This document shows positions 31,706-53,215 of a DNA stretch of 64,000 bases, in pieces. Both the position numbers and the translations under genes were made by a program. Positions within the stretch are counted from its first letter, which is position 1. Each line of letters starts with the position of its first letter. Below the pieces are notes generated by a model. The model ran no database searches. It was given only the letters and a program-made list of their open reading frames with translations, and was not told the DNA's origin. The DNA is from the human T2T-CHM13v2.0 reference genome, Homo sapiens. The stretch is taken from NCBI RefSeq assembly GCF_009914755.1, contig NC_060944.1, one strand, 5' to 3'.

Positions 31706-32014
31706 TCTTTCTTTTCTTTTTCTTTCTTTTTTTTTTTTTTTTGAGACACAGTTTTGCTCTGTTGCCCAGGCTGGAGTGCAATCTTGGCTCACTGCAACCT
31801 CTGCCTCCTGGATTCAAGTGATTCTCCTGACTCAGCCTCCTGAGTAGCTGGGACTACAGGCACACGCCACCACGCCTGGATAATTTTTGTATCTTTAGTA
31901 GAGACAGGGTTTCACCATGTTGGCCAGGATGGTCTTGATCTCCTGATCTCATGATCCACCCGCCTTGGCCTCCCAAAGTGCTGGGATTACAGGCATGAGC
32001 CACCCCGCCCGGCC
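31706..32014 (-). mobile_element. AluS
   Basis: Reverse Alu; TSD CTACAAAT. Confidence 0.92.
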
Positions 32015-32049
32015 TACAAATATTTCTTTGATGAATCTATGAGTGGTGA

Positions 32050-32790
<741 letters not shown>

Positions 32791-32883
32791 GAAACTCTTT
32801 ATTACTTGTGTAGAGATTGTGCTTTTGCTTCCACACTGAACGGTTCTCATGGAAATAGTGTTCTTAATCACCATCACAAGTAA

Positions 32884-33325
<442 letters not shown>

Positions 33326-33619
33326 AACTACCTGAATCTATATTCCCCTCTTCACACTGACTTTGGTGCTGTGGTTAACCAAATGTTACCGTAATGGAGA
33401 TACTTTGGGTGTGAAGGAGAATCAAACAGAATGATTTGCCTCAGACCTTGTGTCCTCCCTTTCAGTAAAACATTCCTTTCTCCATGGTTGGCCCTGCACT
33501 ACTTCCTTCTTCTCCCTCCGCATAGCTATTATTTATTGCCTACTCCATTCCCATCACCAAGTTCCACAAGTGTTATGTGCATTACTAAATCTGGGCGGGG
33601 AACTGTGAATTGCCTTGCC

Positions 33620-34341
<722 letters not shown>

Positions 34342-34399
34342 GAAACACCAATATTTATTTTCCTCTTTTTTGTTTTTTTTTTTGTATTTTTTTTTTTTA

Positions 34400-34835
34400 A
34401 ATAACAGAAGCCTGATTTATTTGGGGTGGCAAAGACCTGATATTGAATGAAAAGATCCTAGCCTTCTTTGCAACTAGGTGTGGGCCTGTGTCTAAGTTCT
34501 GATCAATGCAATATAAACCAGAAGTATCACGAGGACCTTCCAGATACTCCCCTTAAGGGGATCTGGCCTGCCTGGGTGGTGAATCCCTTCTTCTCTTCTC
34601 TTTACCCAGGGCTATAGACAAAATGGCTGCAGCCTCAGTTGCCATTTTGTGTCAAGAGGCAATGTGTTACTGATGAAAGGGCAGACTAACAGCAAGACAC
34701 TTTCCTCCCAGACCTCATACCCGCTCTGGATTGCTTACCTCTAGACTTAGACCTGAGAGAAAAATAAACCCCCTTGTTTAAGCCATTGTTATTTTGTTTT
34801 TGTTATAAGCAGATAATTCTAATCCTATTTAGTAC
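34400..34835 (+). mobile_element. MLT1 LTR
   Basis: GCCTTCTTTGCAACTAGG...GAGAAAAATAAACCCCCTTGTTTAAGCCA. Confidence 0.7.
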
Positions 34836-35424
34836 GGTATCTATTCTTCACAACAGCTCTGCCAGGCAGGCACATTTATGCCCATTTTATAGAAAGTGAA
34901 GCACAGAATGATTAAGTGTTAGAACCTAAATTAGACCCCAGGGTGGCACTTAGGATAGTTTTAGCTGTGAATAACTGAACAGAGTTTCTCAGTCTTCTCT
35001 GAAGATAATAATTGCCTGGGGAGCTTGCTAAATATATATAACAGACTGCTGGCCTTCCCCGTGGACATGCTCGCTCAGTAGGTCCAGGTTAAGGCCTTGG
35101 GAAGCTACTTTATCTCAAACAAGCAGTCCAGGCTCTCTTTATCCTCAGGAAGCCCATGTGAATCCTAAGGTGGATGAAGACCAAGAGCAGGCAGCTCACA
35201 CAGTAAGGAGGTAGATACTTTGCCTTAGAAGACTTCCGTGAGCATAGGAATCATTTGCAGAGCTTGATAGTATCATTTGTGGAGATTTCAGATTCTGGGC
35301 TCCAGTTTTTATTTTTAAAAAGTCAGTACATCTTTCATGGAACCTGGGCTTTTGGATTTTTGTAAAGCTCCCACATGAGCCTGTTGCATGTGATTCATAG
35401 AGTCCAGCTTGAGGGACTCTGGCT

Positions 35425-35670
35425 TAATAGGAGCACAGGCATTGGAGTGTGATGAACTGGGGTTTGAATCCCATTGCTGCATTTATTTGCTGGATGACCT
35501 GTAGCAGGCTAATTAAGGCTTCTGTGTCTCAGGTTTTACCATTTTTGAATTGAAGAAAAAATTATAAGGCTTACCTCGCAGAGTTGTTGTAAGGATTAAA
35601 TGAGATAATTTATGTAAAACTCTTAGCTTTGCATAAATATGCTCTCAATAAATGGTGGCTATTGTTATTA
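35425..35670 (+). mobile_element. MIR
   Basis: GGGTTTGAATCCC...AGAGTTGTTGTAAGGATTAAATGAGATAAT. Confidence 0.85.
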
Positions 35671-35899
35671 TCATACCCCATGCACACATCTTGCAAACAG
35701 TATGGGCACAGAGTTCTATTACTATGGAAAATTTATACAAATCTTCAGGGAATCACGATTCAGCGAAGGCTGGTACAGGGAGCTGGGACTCCCCTTTCTC
35801 TCCCCAGCGACCTCTGGCCCTGAGAGTGAGTGACCTGCCTGTGCATGCAGAGATTGAGTAAAGTTCTTACAGGATACACTCTTATGTCCCCCAGCAGCC

Positions 35900-36230
35900 A
35901 CCTTCTACTCTCCTTTTTTTCTCTCTTCTTTCCCAACCGGTCTGTCCAAGAATTACCGTCTACACTCAATGGCTCAATTTTCTCATTTCCCATCCCCTTC
36001 TCCATTCACTGCAGTCTGAATTCTGCTGTCACTGCTTTACTGAAGTGACTCCAAGAGGCCACCAGTGGCTTCCATGTTGCTAAATCCACGGGTTCTTTTA
36101 AAGTCCTCATCTCGTTTGAGTCCTCTGCAACTTTTGCTGCTGCTGTCTGCTTATTCCTTCTTGGAACTTTTCTCTCTTGGCTTCCAGGACTCCATTGCTG
36201 TTTCTCCTTCTAAATCTGTGATCGCTTTCT
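35900..36230 (+). mobile_element. L2 fragment
   Basis: ACCAGTGGCTTCCATGTTGCTAAATCCA...CTCTTGGCTTCCAGGAC. Confidence 0.65.
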
Positions 36231-37159
36231 TTAGCTTTTATGGAACCTCTACCTCATCCATGTCTTCTACAGCTCTGTTCTCTATCATTTTGATCCTTCA
36301 TTTGCTCTTAGTTCCTTTTTTTCTCTGACCAGAGCCCACTATCACTGAACTCTTCAAAGTTCGAGGTATTAATAAATTATCTGCCTTCTTAGGATATCCT
36401 GGTCTAATGTGACCTTTTCCTTCTTTCCTCCATGGGGCAGCTTAAGACAGGCCCAAGGAGTGTGCTCCAGTCTCCTTCACAGGTGTTCCTAGGAAGCTCA
36501 GCAACACCCATTAAAACAGAACGTGGATTTCCTGTAGATTAGGCCCCGGGGAGACACTGAGATACCCTTGTTTCCAGTTATACTGCTGGGGGAGACAGAG
36601 TCATTCCATCCATCCCCTTAGCTCAGGCCTTAAGGCCTTGTGTCTAGGTCTTTGTTCTGCTGACACCCAGTGCCTTTCAGAGGAGTTGGGCCCATTCCTG
36701 ACACTGACTTGATAGACATTGGGCCTTGCTTTTACCTTTGTGGTTTTGGCTTTCTCATCAATGAAATGTGAAAATTGGACGACTCAATTTCGCATTGAAT
36801 AACCCATTATTTTTGATTTAGAAGTGACTCTGAGGTCACTTTTAACTCTCTGGCACCATCATGACCAGCTTTTTCATCAATTGCGCAACCTTAATACCAC
36901 TCCTAGGACTCTCCTACGGAAATCCTCTCCCAAGTTCATGAAGACGTATGCCTACAAGAACGTTCACTTGTATGAACCCAATTGCTCATCAAGAGGGGAC
37001 TGGTTAAATAACTTATGAAAGTACTTGCTCTGGGGCTGTACTGCTCAAAATAGATAGCCTGTTGTTTGTTACTGGTCTGCTAGGAGATAAAGAACTTGAG
37101 CCAGAATGTAAATCAATGACTTTATCAAGAGTCTTTCTGACAAAATATATATATATTTA

Positions 37160-37658
37160 CAGTTGACCCTTGAACAACATGGGTTTGAACTGCACAAGTC
37201 CATTCATATGTGGATTTATTTCAATGAAAGTTACACCGAATATGCCTGCCTGTCCTACCTCCCTTTCCCCTTCTCCACCTCTTCCACCTCTGCCACCTCG
37301 GAGGCAGCAAGACCAAAGTTTCCTTTTCTTCCTCCTCCTCCTCCTCAGTCTACTCAGTGTGAAGATGGTGAGGATGTAGACCTTTATGACAGTCCACTTC
37401 CAACTAATGAATAGCAAATATATTTTCCTTATTTTATTATTTTATTTTCTCTAGCTTAGTTTCTTGTAATAATACAGTATATAATACATAAAACATACAA
37501 CATATGTGTCAATCGACTGTTTATGTTGATCAGTAGGTTTCCAGTCAACAGTAGGATATTAATAGTTACATTTTGGGGGTAGTCAAAAGTTATGGATGGA
37601 TTTTCGATTGCATAGGGGGATGATGCCCCTAACCCCTGCGTTATTCAATGGTCATGGG
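37160..37658 (+). mobile_element. Tigger2a-like non-autonomous DNA transposon
   Basis: TIR CAGTTGACCCTTGAACAAC with degenerate GTTATTCAATGGTCATGGG; TA flanks. Confidence 0.85.
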
Positions 37659-37852
37659 TATATATCAACAGAAATAAACAGTGCGCTTAGAGACGTAATT
37701 GATTTGCATTCTGGTGCAAGCTCCTCCCTTATCTTTTCTCAAACCAGTAGCAAACAGTCTCTGCACTGGTAAACAGACCAAACTTTGAGTAGCATTGCTA
37801 AAGTGTAACAGAAATGAGCTACGGATGTAGAGCAAACAATGTCTAAGATACA

Positions 37853-38137
37853 TTGTTTGTTTGTCTCACTCTGTCTTCCAGTCTGGAGTGCTGGATCATA
37901 TAGCTCACCGCAGCCTCAAACTCCTGGGCTCAAGTGATTCTCCCATCTCAGCTTCCTGAGTAGCTGGGACTGCAGGCGCATACCAGCATACCTGGCAAAT
38001 TTTTAATTTATTTTTTGGGCAGAGACAGGGTCTTGCTATGTTGCTCAGGCTGGTCTCAAATTCCTGGCCTCAAGTGATTCACCTGTCTCGGCCTTGAAAA
38101 GTGTTGGGATTACAGGTGTGAGCCACAGTATCTGGCC
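37853..38137 (-). mobile_element. AluJ
   Basis: ATAGCTCACCGCAGCCTCAAACTCCTGGGCTCAAG. Confidence 0.88.
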
Positions 38138-38535
38138 AAAATACACTGTTAAAAGAAAAAAGTATGCTCCAGAACAGTATGGTGTTTTCAAAAGCAATGC
38201 TCTAGACAAAAAGGGGTATATAGGCACAGAGATATGTTGGTAGATGCACGAAACATTTCTGGAATAAGTCCTAAGAAATAAACAGTGTTTACCTCTGGGG
38301 AGTGCAGCTGGGAGTCTGGGGTGAGAGACCTCTTTCTTTGTTGTATATCCAATCTGCTGTACAGTAGGTACTCCCCAGTACAGTATAGTGGCTTGGAATC
38401 TGTCATCCTGATTAGTCTGTGCCCTAGTTGCAACAGTCATTAAATATTTTGAATGTCACTCCTTTTACTGTTTGAACAACAACAACAACAACAACAAAAC
38501 GCACAAAAACCAAAAAATACTACATGCATGCATCA

Positions 38536-38842
<307 letters not shown>

Positions 38843-38872
38843 CATCACTTTTGTATTTAAAAACAAACTAGT

Positions 38873-39472
<600 letters not shown>

Positions 39473-40186
39473 CTATAGAGAGAACACTGATCTCCTAGAG
39501 CCCCCATTTGCTGAATAACAAGCCTCCTTGTTTCATTTTTCACAAACATTTCTTCCCTCTGTTCTCTCCACTGGGTCTATGAACAAGGGTTTGCTCTCTG
39601 TCGGTGCTTTGGCGTTCTTCTCCTGCAGATATATTCACAAGAAGTCATCTTGGTTCACAGCCTCATGATGAAGAGGGCTCAGGGGCCAGAGGGCTGATTA
39701 TGGTTCTAATTTGCAATTATACAGTGATTTTTCACACTGCTCATGAATGCTGACTTCCTCCCTGTTTGGGTTGGAGAGTTAGAGGGATCTGATTTGATTG
39801 AAGCAGTATAGGCTGTGATTATCATAAGAATTTGGCATAGTAAATTGAATTGGGAAGTATTGGGCAACAAATGTAAATTATTTCCTTTCATTTGTCACTC
39901 CTACACAACTGTATATTTACTGTTTGTGGCTGACCCTGTGTAGAAAAGTGAAATGACTTAATCCTAATGCCTTTGAAATGGGAACTGTTGAGACACCTGA
40001 GTGGTCTCTTTGAATTCAAGATGCAAACAGATTGCGCTGCTGTTTGGAGGGAGCATGGAGCTGAAACAATATCCCTGGAGTCTAGTAGTTTTTTTTTTTT
40101 TAAGTTCAAGTGCTCTAGGCCCACCTACTGTGGTTCTAGATGGATGTTTTAAATATTTGCATTTTAAAATATTTTAAAAACTCTTA

Positions 40187-41212
<1,026 letters not shown>

Positions 41213-41214
41213 CA

Positions 41215-42410
<1,196 letters not shown>

Positions 42411-42435
42411 TTGATGAAAAGTTTGTACTAGTGTG

Positions 42436-44078
<1,643 letters not shown>

Positions 44079-44439
44079 TTGGACTGGAAAAGAGAAAAAG
44101 TACATCAGCAGTGAGGTGCAAGCATATCACACACGGCACATAGAAGAACTGCATGGGCCAAGGGCCACAACTTGTGGTGGAGACAGTTTTACAGAGCAGG
44201 AATGTTGGAGTTACCTGAGGCTCATTTCTTATTCTCCTTTTTCTTTTTCTTTTTTTTTTCTTCAGCTGTGACTCCAGACATGATTCAAAGAGGAATTTTG
44301 CAATATCATTTCTGGGTTTTACGGAAACTTACTTTACCTTTCTGTGTTAGGCTCTTAAAGCACTGTGTCAACCTTAAAAGGACACAGGAAAGGGCTTGTC
44401 ACTTTTCTGACACCATCTAATCCCAGCTCATTCCAAGGC

Positions 44440-45111
44440 TAAGAGGGTTCTCACATGTCCATCTCTAGCCCAGCCTGCTTCCCTAAACACAGTCCTGATA
44501 CTCAGCTACTTACTTTCATCTCAAAGGTGGTCTCAAAGATCCCTCATGCTAACATGTTCAGCATTCAACTCTTGAGTCTCTACACCAGTCCCCTTCCCCC
44601 CAGCATGAGTCTACATCCCCATGAGTCTACACCACCACCCACTCAGTTATGTGAGCTAGAAACCTGGACATCATCCTTGATGCCAGCTTCTTTTCCCCCT
44701 CCTCCTGTAGCCAGTCCATCACCAAGTCCCGCTGTTTTGACCACCTAAATAATGATCAAATCCATTCATTCTCTCCATCTACTCTACTACCAGCTTAGTC
44801 CAAGCCATGATTCTACTACACCCTCCTAGCAGATCTCTTGGCTTCCACACAGGCACACTTCTGAATCTCATCTCCATACAGCAACCAAAATATCTCTTAA
44901 GAGTGTAAATCTGATCACCTGTCCCCCTACTTAGGACCCTTTAATGGATTCTTACTGCTCTTTCAAAAAAGAAAAAAATCTTTTCTCAGGCTCCTGGCCA
45001 CTGTCCATAGCATTCAAGTATACCATTCTTCCTCTTGCTGTCTGCACTGCTGCTACACTGTCTTTCTGTTTCTTAAACCCCAAACAATTCCTCTCCCTTC
45101 CTTCTTCCCAA

Positions 45112-45158
<47 letters not shown>

Positions 45159-45435
45159 ATTCCCTTCACGTGTGTTCTTCCTTCATGTCTTTGCTCATCA
45201 GTCCCTTCACTCATGGAAGCCCCCTCTTATACACTCTTAGAATACTCTATTTTTTACTCTGAGCTCTTATTACAGATAATATTTCTACAGTTGTTCAACA
45301 TTTCATTCAGATCTGCCTTTCCTACTTCCAAGCTCCAAAGGACAATGATCACATCTGTCTTCTTCCTCTGGGTAGCCTTATCACGTAGCACAGTGCCTGG
45401 CACTAAGTGAACTCTCAATAAATATTTGGGGGTGC
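44440..45435 (+). mobile_element. L2 fragment containing (CA)n at 45113-45157
   Basis: ATCTCTAGCCCAG...TAGCACAGTGCCTGGCAC...CTCAATAAATATTTG. Confidence 0.8.
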
Positions 45436-46772
45436 ATGAATCATCTCTAGAAGGCCCAGTGAGAATTCCAAAGGGCATGTGCACCCATGCAAACATTAAG
45501 GAATTTATTCCGTACTCTCTTATAATCTTGGTAAGTTTGATAAAATATTATCTATTTTATCTGCTCAGTCTGACTTCAAAAGTCCATGGGGGAAATTTTT
45601 ATTTCAAAGCACTTCCTATACTTAAACTTTTGAAAAGGAAGAACGACTAGTATTTCTCCCATATTTCCATTCTGTCTTGAGCCATCTAAGCTCAGAGGCT
45701 GGCCAAGGCAGCAAATGAAGTGAGAGGCCATTGATATGCAAATATGATCATTATCACTGAAGGCCACACCCCAGAACTTGATCTCAGCGCTTTCACAGCC
45801 AAAGCCAATTTACATTAAAAAAATTAATTTTCCAAACTTGAATTTAATTTCCAAAGCTAAAATGCATAGAAATTAAACTACTAAAACATTGCATTTTCAA
45901 TAGAACACATTGCTATTTTTTGGAGTGAGAGTTGGCTGTCTTCCAACAATTAGGTTCTGTTTGGCTTGTGAAAGAGGTTCTGGGTTGTTAAGGATGGATA
46001 CTCTTGACCTTGGACTGACCTCTGCAGTTTCCCTGGAGCACGGACAGCCAAGCAGTAAAGTAGATGCTGGTGGAGATATTGCTACTGTTTTTGAGAAATG
46101 GAAGCTGAGACCCAGAAAGACTATGTGATATATTGAAGACTCAAATCCAAGTCTTCAGATTCTAAGTACTGAGGTCCTTTCTCAACATTTTCTCTTAAAA
46201 TGTTTGGCTCTTTAGGGCAGAGCCCAGACTCACCAATGCCACACATGCCTCCCATTTGCCTGCTAGACTTTAGAGCTTTGGAATGGATCTGCAATCTCAT
46301 AGAAAAGAGGTAAAGCAAATTCCTTCCAGGTCATAGCAAGAGGGTGGGGTGTCCTTTAACTGTCCTGATGCCTAAATTTGGTTTTACACAAAATCCCCAA
46401 GATGCTGTAAAATCACTTTTGTAGCTGGATGCCAGGGTCAGAATTGATGACTTGAGAGGCAGAGGAGCAGAGCTTCTGCTATGACCTCAGGAAAATGAGA
46501 TGTGGCTGCTGAAGCCCAGAGCTTGGCTCCCAGCAAACCTCAGCCCTGGTTGCCAATGCCATCTCCCACTGCTGATGGATGATGGCCCACTGGCTCCTGC
46601 ACCTGTGGATAGCTCTGATTTCTGCTTTCAACCTGTAGCCACGTAGCCTTTGGATTAAAATATTGTCCTCTGATTCAGATGATTCTTTTCTTCTCTGCAA
46701 CAGGGCCACCGTAGGACATATATAGTAGTTAGCAGTGCAGGTTTTGCTGTTCACTAGCTCTCTGGTCTTTAG

Positions 46773-47085
<313 letters not shown>

Positions 47086-47133
47086 ACAAATGACATCTTT
47101 GATCCTTGGTTTCCCCTTCTTTATTAATAGACT

Positions 47134-47609
47134 CTGTAAAGAAGGTTTCCTGTGCGCTGGTTACCCACTGGTCTGAGTTTGGTGAGACAGAACACCCATG
47201 CTCACAACAAGTTAAGTAAACAAGCTTATTACTTACAGATAGGCAGGCAGCAAGGGACAACAGAAACCGAGGATTCATTGCCACCCAGTCCTCCAAGGTT
47301 CAGGAAAGCTGCCTGGGTGGATGGAGTCTCAACTGCATGTGCTCCACTTTCATAGCAGCTGAGGGACCTCAGAAAGCAGCCCACACTGAGTTTTATACCT
47401 CGGGGTTACAAGACCCTCTGGGCTAAGCCTGGAAGGACATCTCATTTCTAGGGAGGGATTGGAACAGAGCCTGGACTGTCCTGACCAGCTCCCCTCTTAT
47501 CTCAGGATGTTTTATTTCCAGCATGTCCTGCAGTTATTCTTGAGAACTACAGATAAGAAATGGGGGGAGAACTGTCTTGGTCTAAGGCCACCCAGAGAAC
47601 TGTGCTGCA
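47134..47609 (-). mobile_element. MER54-like solo LTR (ERVL class)
   Basis: Reverse start TGCAGCACAGTTCTCTGGGTGGCCTTAGACC; TG...CA ends. Confidence 0.7.
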
Positions 47610-48371
47610 GATCCCACATCTAGAGTTCTCTTGAGGGTCAAATGAGATATCATAATGGGAAATGCTTAGCTTAGTACCTGATATGTAGCATTTTAAAAAA
47701 GGTAGTTATTAAGTTAGAAAAGGGACTATCTGCAGGATCCCTGCATGGGAAGAATGCATGGGGACACTGCATGCAGATGCTTAGGAATGCTTTGTGACAA
47801 ACAACATCATGGGAGGTGGCAGCTCAAGAAAGTTGATCATACTTGTGCTTTTGAAACCTTGTGAGCAGTGTTAAAGCAGAAATATGAAAGGGAAAACCTT
47901 TACATGACAGCTTTCTATGTTTTATTGACATCCTGGCTAAGCTGGCTCCCTGACCTGGGTCTGGTTGATTCAGAGCTGGTGAACAATCATTATCTTGCAC
48001 AAGGATGCACTAGGAAGGACCACACTCTAGCCCAGCTGGTCATGCAGTCATGTTGGGAAGTGCTGGTTGGCCCAGGGAAGCCATTCCTGATGGATCAGAG
48101 GAAAAGGGAAGGGAGAAGTAAATATGAAAAGAAGCTCAAGCCCAGGCTATGACCAGGAGAGCCAATCCTTCATTTGGAGCGCCACTCTTTCTTTGCCCAG
48201 AAACCTGCAGGTACATGCAAGTCCCTGGGAGTGGCTCCAGGAAGCCCCCCTCGGGCTCTATGTTGCTTTTTTTGAGTTAGACTCTCTGGCATAGACTTTG
48301 TCTTTGAAAGAGGATTTGTAAGTCGCTGTTTATTTATTCTTTTACTCATTCATTCCACATTCATAGAGCAC

Positions 48372-48867
48372 TGGATTAGTCAGGTTCTCCAGAGAAATAG
48401 AACCAACAGAAATAGAACCAAAGACATGCATTATAAGAAATTGTCTTACATGATTATGGAGGCTGACGTGTCCCAAGATCTGCAGGGTGAGTTGGCAAGC
48501 TGGAGGCTCAGGAGGGCCAATGGTGTAGTTGTGGTCTGAAGGCTAGCAAGCTTGAGACCAAAAAAAAGCTGATGTTTAAGCTCTAGCATAAAGGCAGGAA
48601 AAACTCAAAGTCCAGTTTGAAGACTGCTGAGTAGGAATAATTCCCTCTTATTTGGGAGAGGATCAGCCTTTTTTTCTATTCAGGCCTTCAACTGATAGGA
48701 CAAGGCCCACTCACACTGGGGAGAGCCAACCTAATTTACTCAGCTCATTGGTTTAAATGTTAATCTCATTCAAAAACACCCTCACAGACACACCTGGAAT
48801 AATGTTTGACCAAATATCTGGGCACCCTATGGCCCAGTTAAGTTGAGACATAAAATTAATCATCACA
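48372..48867 (-). mobile_element. MLT2 (HERV-L) LTR
   Basis: ATTAGTCAGGTTCTCCAGAGAAATAGAACC...GAGACATAAAATTAATCATCACA. Confidence 0.85.
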
Positions 48868-50560
48868 GGGACCAACAATGTGTCAGGCATATTCCAAGAC
48901 ACCAGGGACACAGCAGAGAACAAATAAACATGAGCCCTGCCTTCATGGAGTTTACCCTTTAGAGGGAGGGTGGATCAAAAATCAAGTCAATGAATAAGAC
49001 TTTTAGTGAAGGATGAGCATTATGATCAAGGGTGGCTGTTTCATTCTGGTGATCAGGGAGGACTTTTCTGGGCAGGTGACACTTGAATGGAGACCTAATT
49101 ACATAAAGGAGCTGGCCATAGAATGTGCTGGGGGTAGGGGGGTGTGTTCTAGGCAGGGGAGTAACCAGGCAGGACTGAGCTTGGTGAATCTCAGGAACAG
49201 AAGGCTGGTGGGGGGAGCATGGTTCCGGGTGGGGGCAGGGTAGGGGTCAGTGGGGGACCAGAGAAGGCAGAGGACAGATCATGCAGAGCCTGTAGGCTGG
49301 GGAAGGAGGCTGCGTGTTATTCATTCGGCCTGCTGACTCACCCCAGTCCTTGGCTAGGACAGCAACCCTGCTGAAGGACCAGGATCTAAAAGTGTCCCTT
49401 CCCTCAGCAATGATGCCCACACTTCTGTGCCTTTGCACAAGCTGTTCTCTCTGCTGGGATGCCTTCCCCACGTTCTCTGTCCAGAGATTGCCCAGATATC
49501 CTTTAAGACCCAGCTTACATTGCACCCCCTCTCCAAAGCCTTTCCAGGATTTTCTGGGCAGTGAGCCAGCCTCTCCTCTGTGCAGCCATAGTCCTTTGTA
49601 AATACACTAATGCTCACATTGATTAGCTGCATTGTCATTTTATAGTTCTGAGCCTCTCTCATCCTCCTCTGCTTGTCAGGGCCAGTGTCTAATCCTCTAT
49701 CTGTCCCCAGCATCCAGTCCATATTGACCATATGAATGTGTGCTGAAGGTTCTGATTGAACCTTAGGGCTGGCTCTCTCCAGCTTCAATCTTCCTTGCCA
49801 TCTCCTCCTCCCTCCTTAACCCTCCATCTGTGTTACTCATGGCCAAGCTGGACGGGGAGCTCTAAACCTTGTCGGATCCACTGCAACAAGTTTTGGGCCT
49901 TGGAAAGCCTGCATTAGAGCTTTAGAAATAGACAAATACACATTGTCCTGTCCAGAGTCCCATTTCCAAGGTGGAGATTCATCAATATTTTTGGCCACTC
50001 AGCATCTAATCCTTCTTCTTCAAAACATCTGACTTCCTCTGGGAGGATCATAATAAAATCCCATTATAACTCTTTTATGTTCCGGGGCTGTTCTAAAAGC
50101 TTCACATTTGTTAACTCAGTTAGTCCTCATAATAGCCCTATTAGCTGAGGGCTATTATTATCCCTATGCAAAAGGGGCATAGGGAGGTCAAGTAATTTAC
50201 CCAGGGTCACACAGTAGTGACAAGCAGTCTAGTGACAAGCAGTCTAGCCCAATCCTTGCTCTTTACCATGACTTTACTGCCATGGTGTGCAGACTTGATT
50301 TGCTCTCCCACTGCAGGATCTAAGGGTCCTACCATTTCTTCAGTCAAATCCTTCCTCTCATATCCTAGTAGAGCCAGAGGGTGGGCAGATGGCCTAAATT
50401 AGTCAAGATGACTCTTCCAGGACTTGAAGTTGAAAGGATGTAAAGTGTGAAGATGCAGCAGCTGTCTTGGAACCATGAGGGTCACATTTGGTTGAGAAGG
50501 CAGCTGAGAGCAGAAGGTGAATAGAGATGAGTGGAGAGGCAGTGAGAAGTGGACTCTAGC

Positions 50561-51355
50561 TGTATTAGTTTTCTATTGTTGTTGTAACAAATTACCATAA
50601 ACTTAGCAGCTTTAAACCACACAAATGTATTATCTTACAGTTCTGGAGATCAGAAGTCTGAAATGTATTTTACTAGGTGAAAGCCAAGGTGTTGGCAGGT
50701 GCCTTTGTGTGTTTGGGCAGCTATCTTAGTCTGGGCAATTTATAAACAACATAAATCATTACTCATACTTCTGGAGGCTGAGAAGTCCAAGATGCTGGCA
50801 GATTTGGTGTCTGATGAGGGGCCTGCTCCCTGCTTCAAAGATAGTACCCTCTGGCTGTGCCCTCACATGGTGGAAGGGACAAACAAATTCCTTTAGGCCT
50901 CTTATATAAGGACCCTATCCCCTAAAACCATCACCTTGGGGGTTAGGATTTCAACATATGAATTTGGGTGGACACACATATTCAGACATAGCAGCAGAGC
51001 TCTGTTTCTTCAGGAGTCTCTAGGGGAGAATGTGTTTTCTTGACATTTTCAGCATCTGGAGTTCCATTCCTTGGGTCTTGGCTTCTTCTTCCATCTTCAA
51101 AACATAGCATCTTCAAATCTCTCTCTGCTTCTATTGTCACGTGACCTTCTCTGACTCTGACTCCTTCTCTGTCCTTCTTATAAGGACCATCGTGATTACA
51201 TCGGGCCTGCCCAGATGTCCAGCATAACCTCTCTATCTTGCGATCCTTCACTTAATCTCCTCTGCAAAGTCCCTTTTGCCCTATCAGGTAACAATCACAG
51301 GTTCCAGGGATTAGGACATGGACATTTTGGGGACTGTTATTCAGCCTGCCACACT
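50561..51355 (-). mobile_element. MLT1 LTR with nested MST/MLT1A-type LTR (about 50720-50995)
   Basis: TGTATTAGTTTTCTATTG...CAAATTACCATAAACTTAG; nested GGCTGAGAAGTCCAAGAT...ATTTCAACATATGAATTTGG. Confidence 0.8.
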
Positions 51356-51635
51356 GACATCTTCCCTGCTCAGCCACGCCAGGCTGGCAGGGTGGCCCCC
51401 ATGGGGAAGAAGTGTTTTTTTCAGGATTCCTTGCTTGTGCCAGTCCCAGGAGGCAGAACATACAGTAGCAGCGATGGCAGTCACCTTCCACTACAAACTC
51501 TGGAGTTGCAACTGTGGTTCAAGGACAGATATTTCTCTGAGAACCATCTCCTTGGGCACAGCAGCAGAATTCCATCTGCTGCAGAGAGCTTACCACATTC
51601 CCAGAACCTCTAGCTGAGCCTCATATCTTTTCTGA

Positions 51636-52178
<543 letters not shown>

Positions 52179-52326
52179 CTATCAATAACAATAATATTTA
52201 ATATGCTTGAAATTAAAATTAAATTTGAAAATATTTTAATTTAATAAATATTAAAATTTAAAAATGTATTGTCACTGAGTGGTAAGCACTTAATTTACAT
52301 TATTATTTATTTTATTAAAAATAATT

Positions 52327-52761
<435 letters not shown>

Positions 52762-52769
52762 ATGTATAA

Positions 52770-53215
52770 GAAGATATGCTATAAAAATATAAGCTCTCTT
52801 CTTACCCCAGTCTGTTTCTCTCCTCAGAAACATTGTTTCTTGCACATTCTTCTAGAATTTAAAAAATCCATGAGCAATCATATATGAGACTGCTCTTTAA
52901 ATAAAAACAAATGGCTACATTTTATACATCTCATGCTGTTTCTTGTTTTTTTTTTTTACAGGGAAGGATATATCTTGGCAAGTTTTTTCATTTTATCCTA
53001 AATAGATCTACTTTATTTTTTTAAAGTGACATGTTTTTTTGTTTTGTAGATGTGCCATAATTTATTAAAACACCTTCCTTTTGAGGGATATTTAGGTTGT
53101 TCCCAGTCTTTTGCTCTTATAGAAAACCCAGAAATAAAAATCCTCCCTGTATTCCGTTGCATACAGGTATAAGTTCGTAAGTAGAATAAATTCCTGTGAG
53201 TAAAATTCCTAGGTC
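52770..53215 (-). mobile_element. Old L1ME 3' fragment
   Basis: GATGTGCCATAATTTA...ATTTAGGTTGTTCCCAGTCTTTTGCT. Confidence 0.65.

Noticed and set aside
44228-44270. Strong polypyrimidine tract plus CAG acceptor
   Set aside because: No convincing donor within exon distance; may be a plain T-rich tract
50215-50247. 15-bp tandem duplication TAGTGACAAGCAGTC
   Set aside because: Ordinary slippage within a MIR
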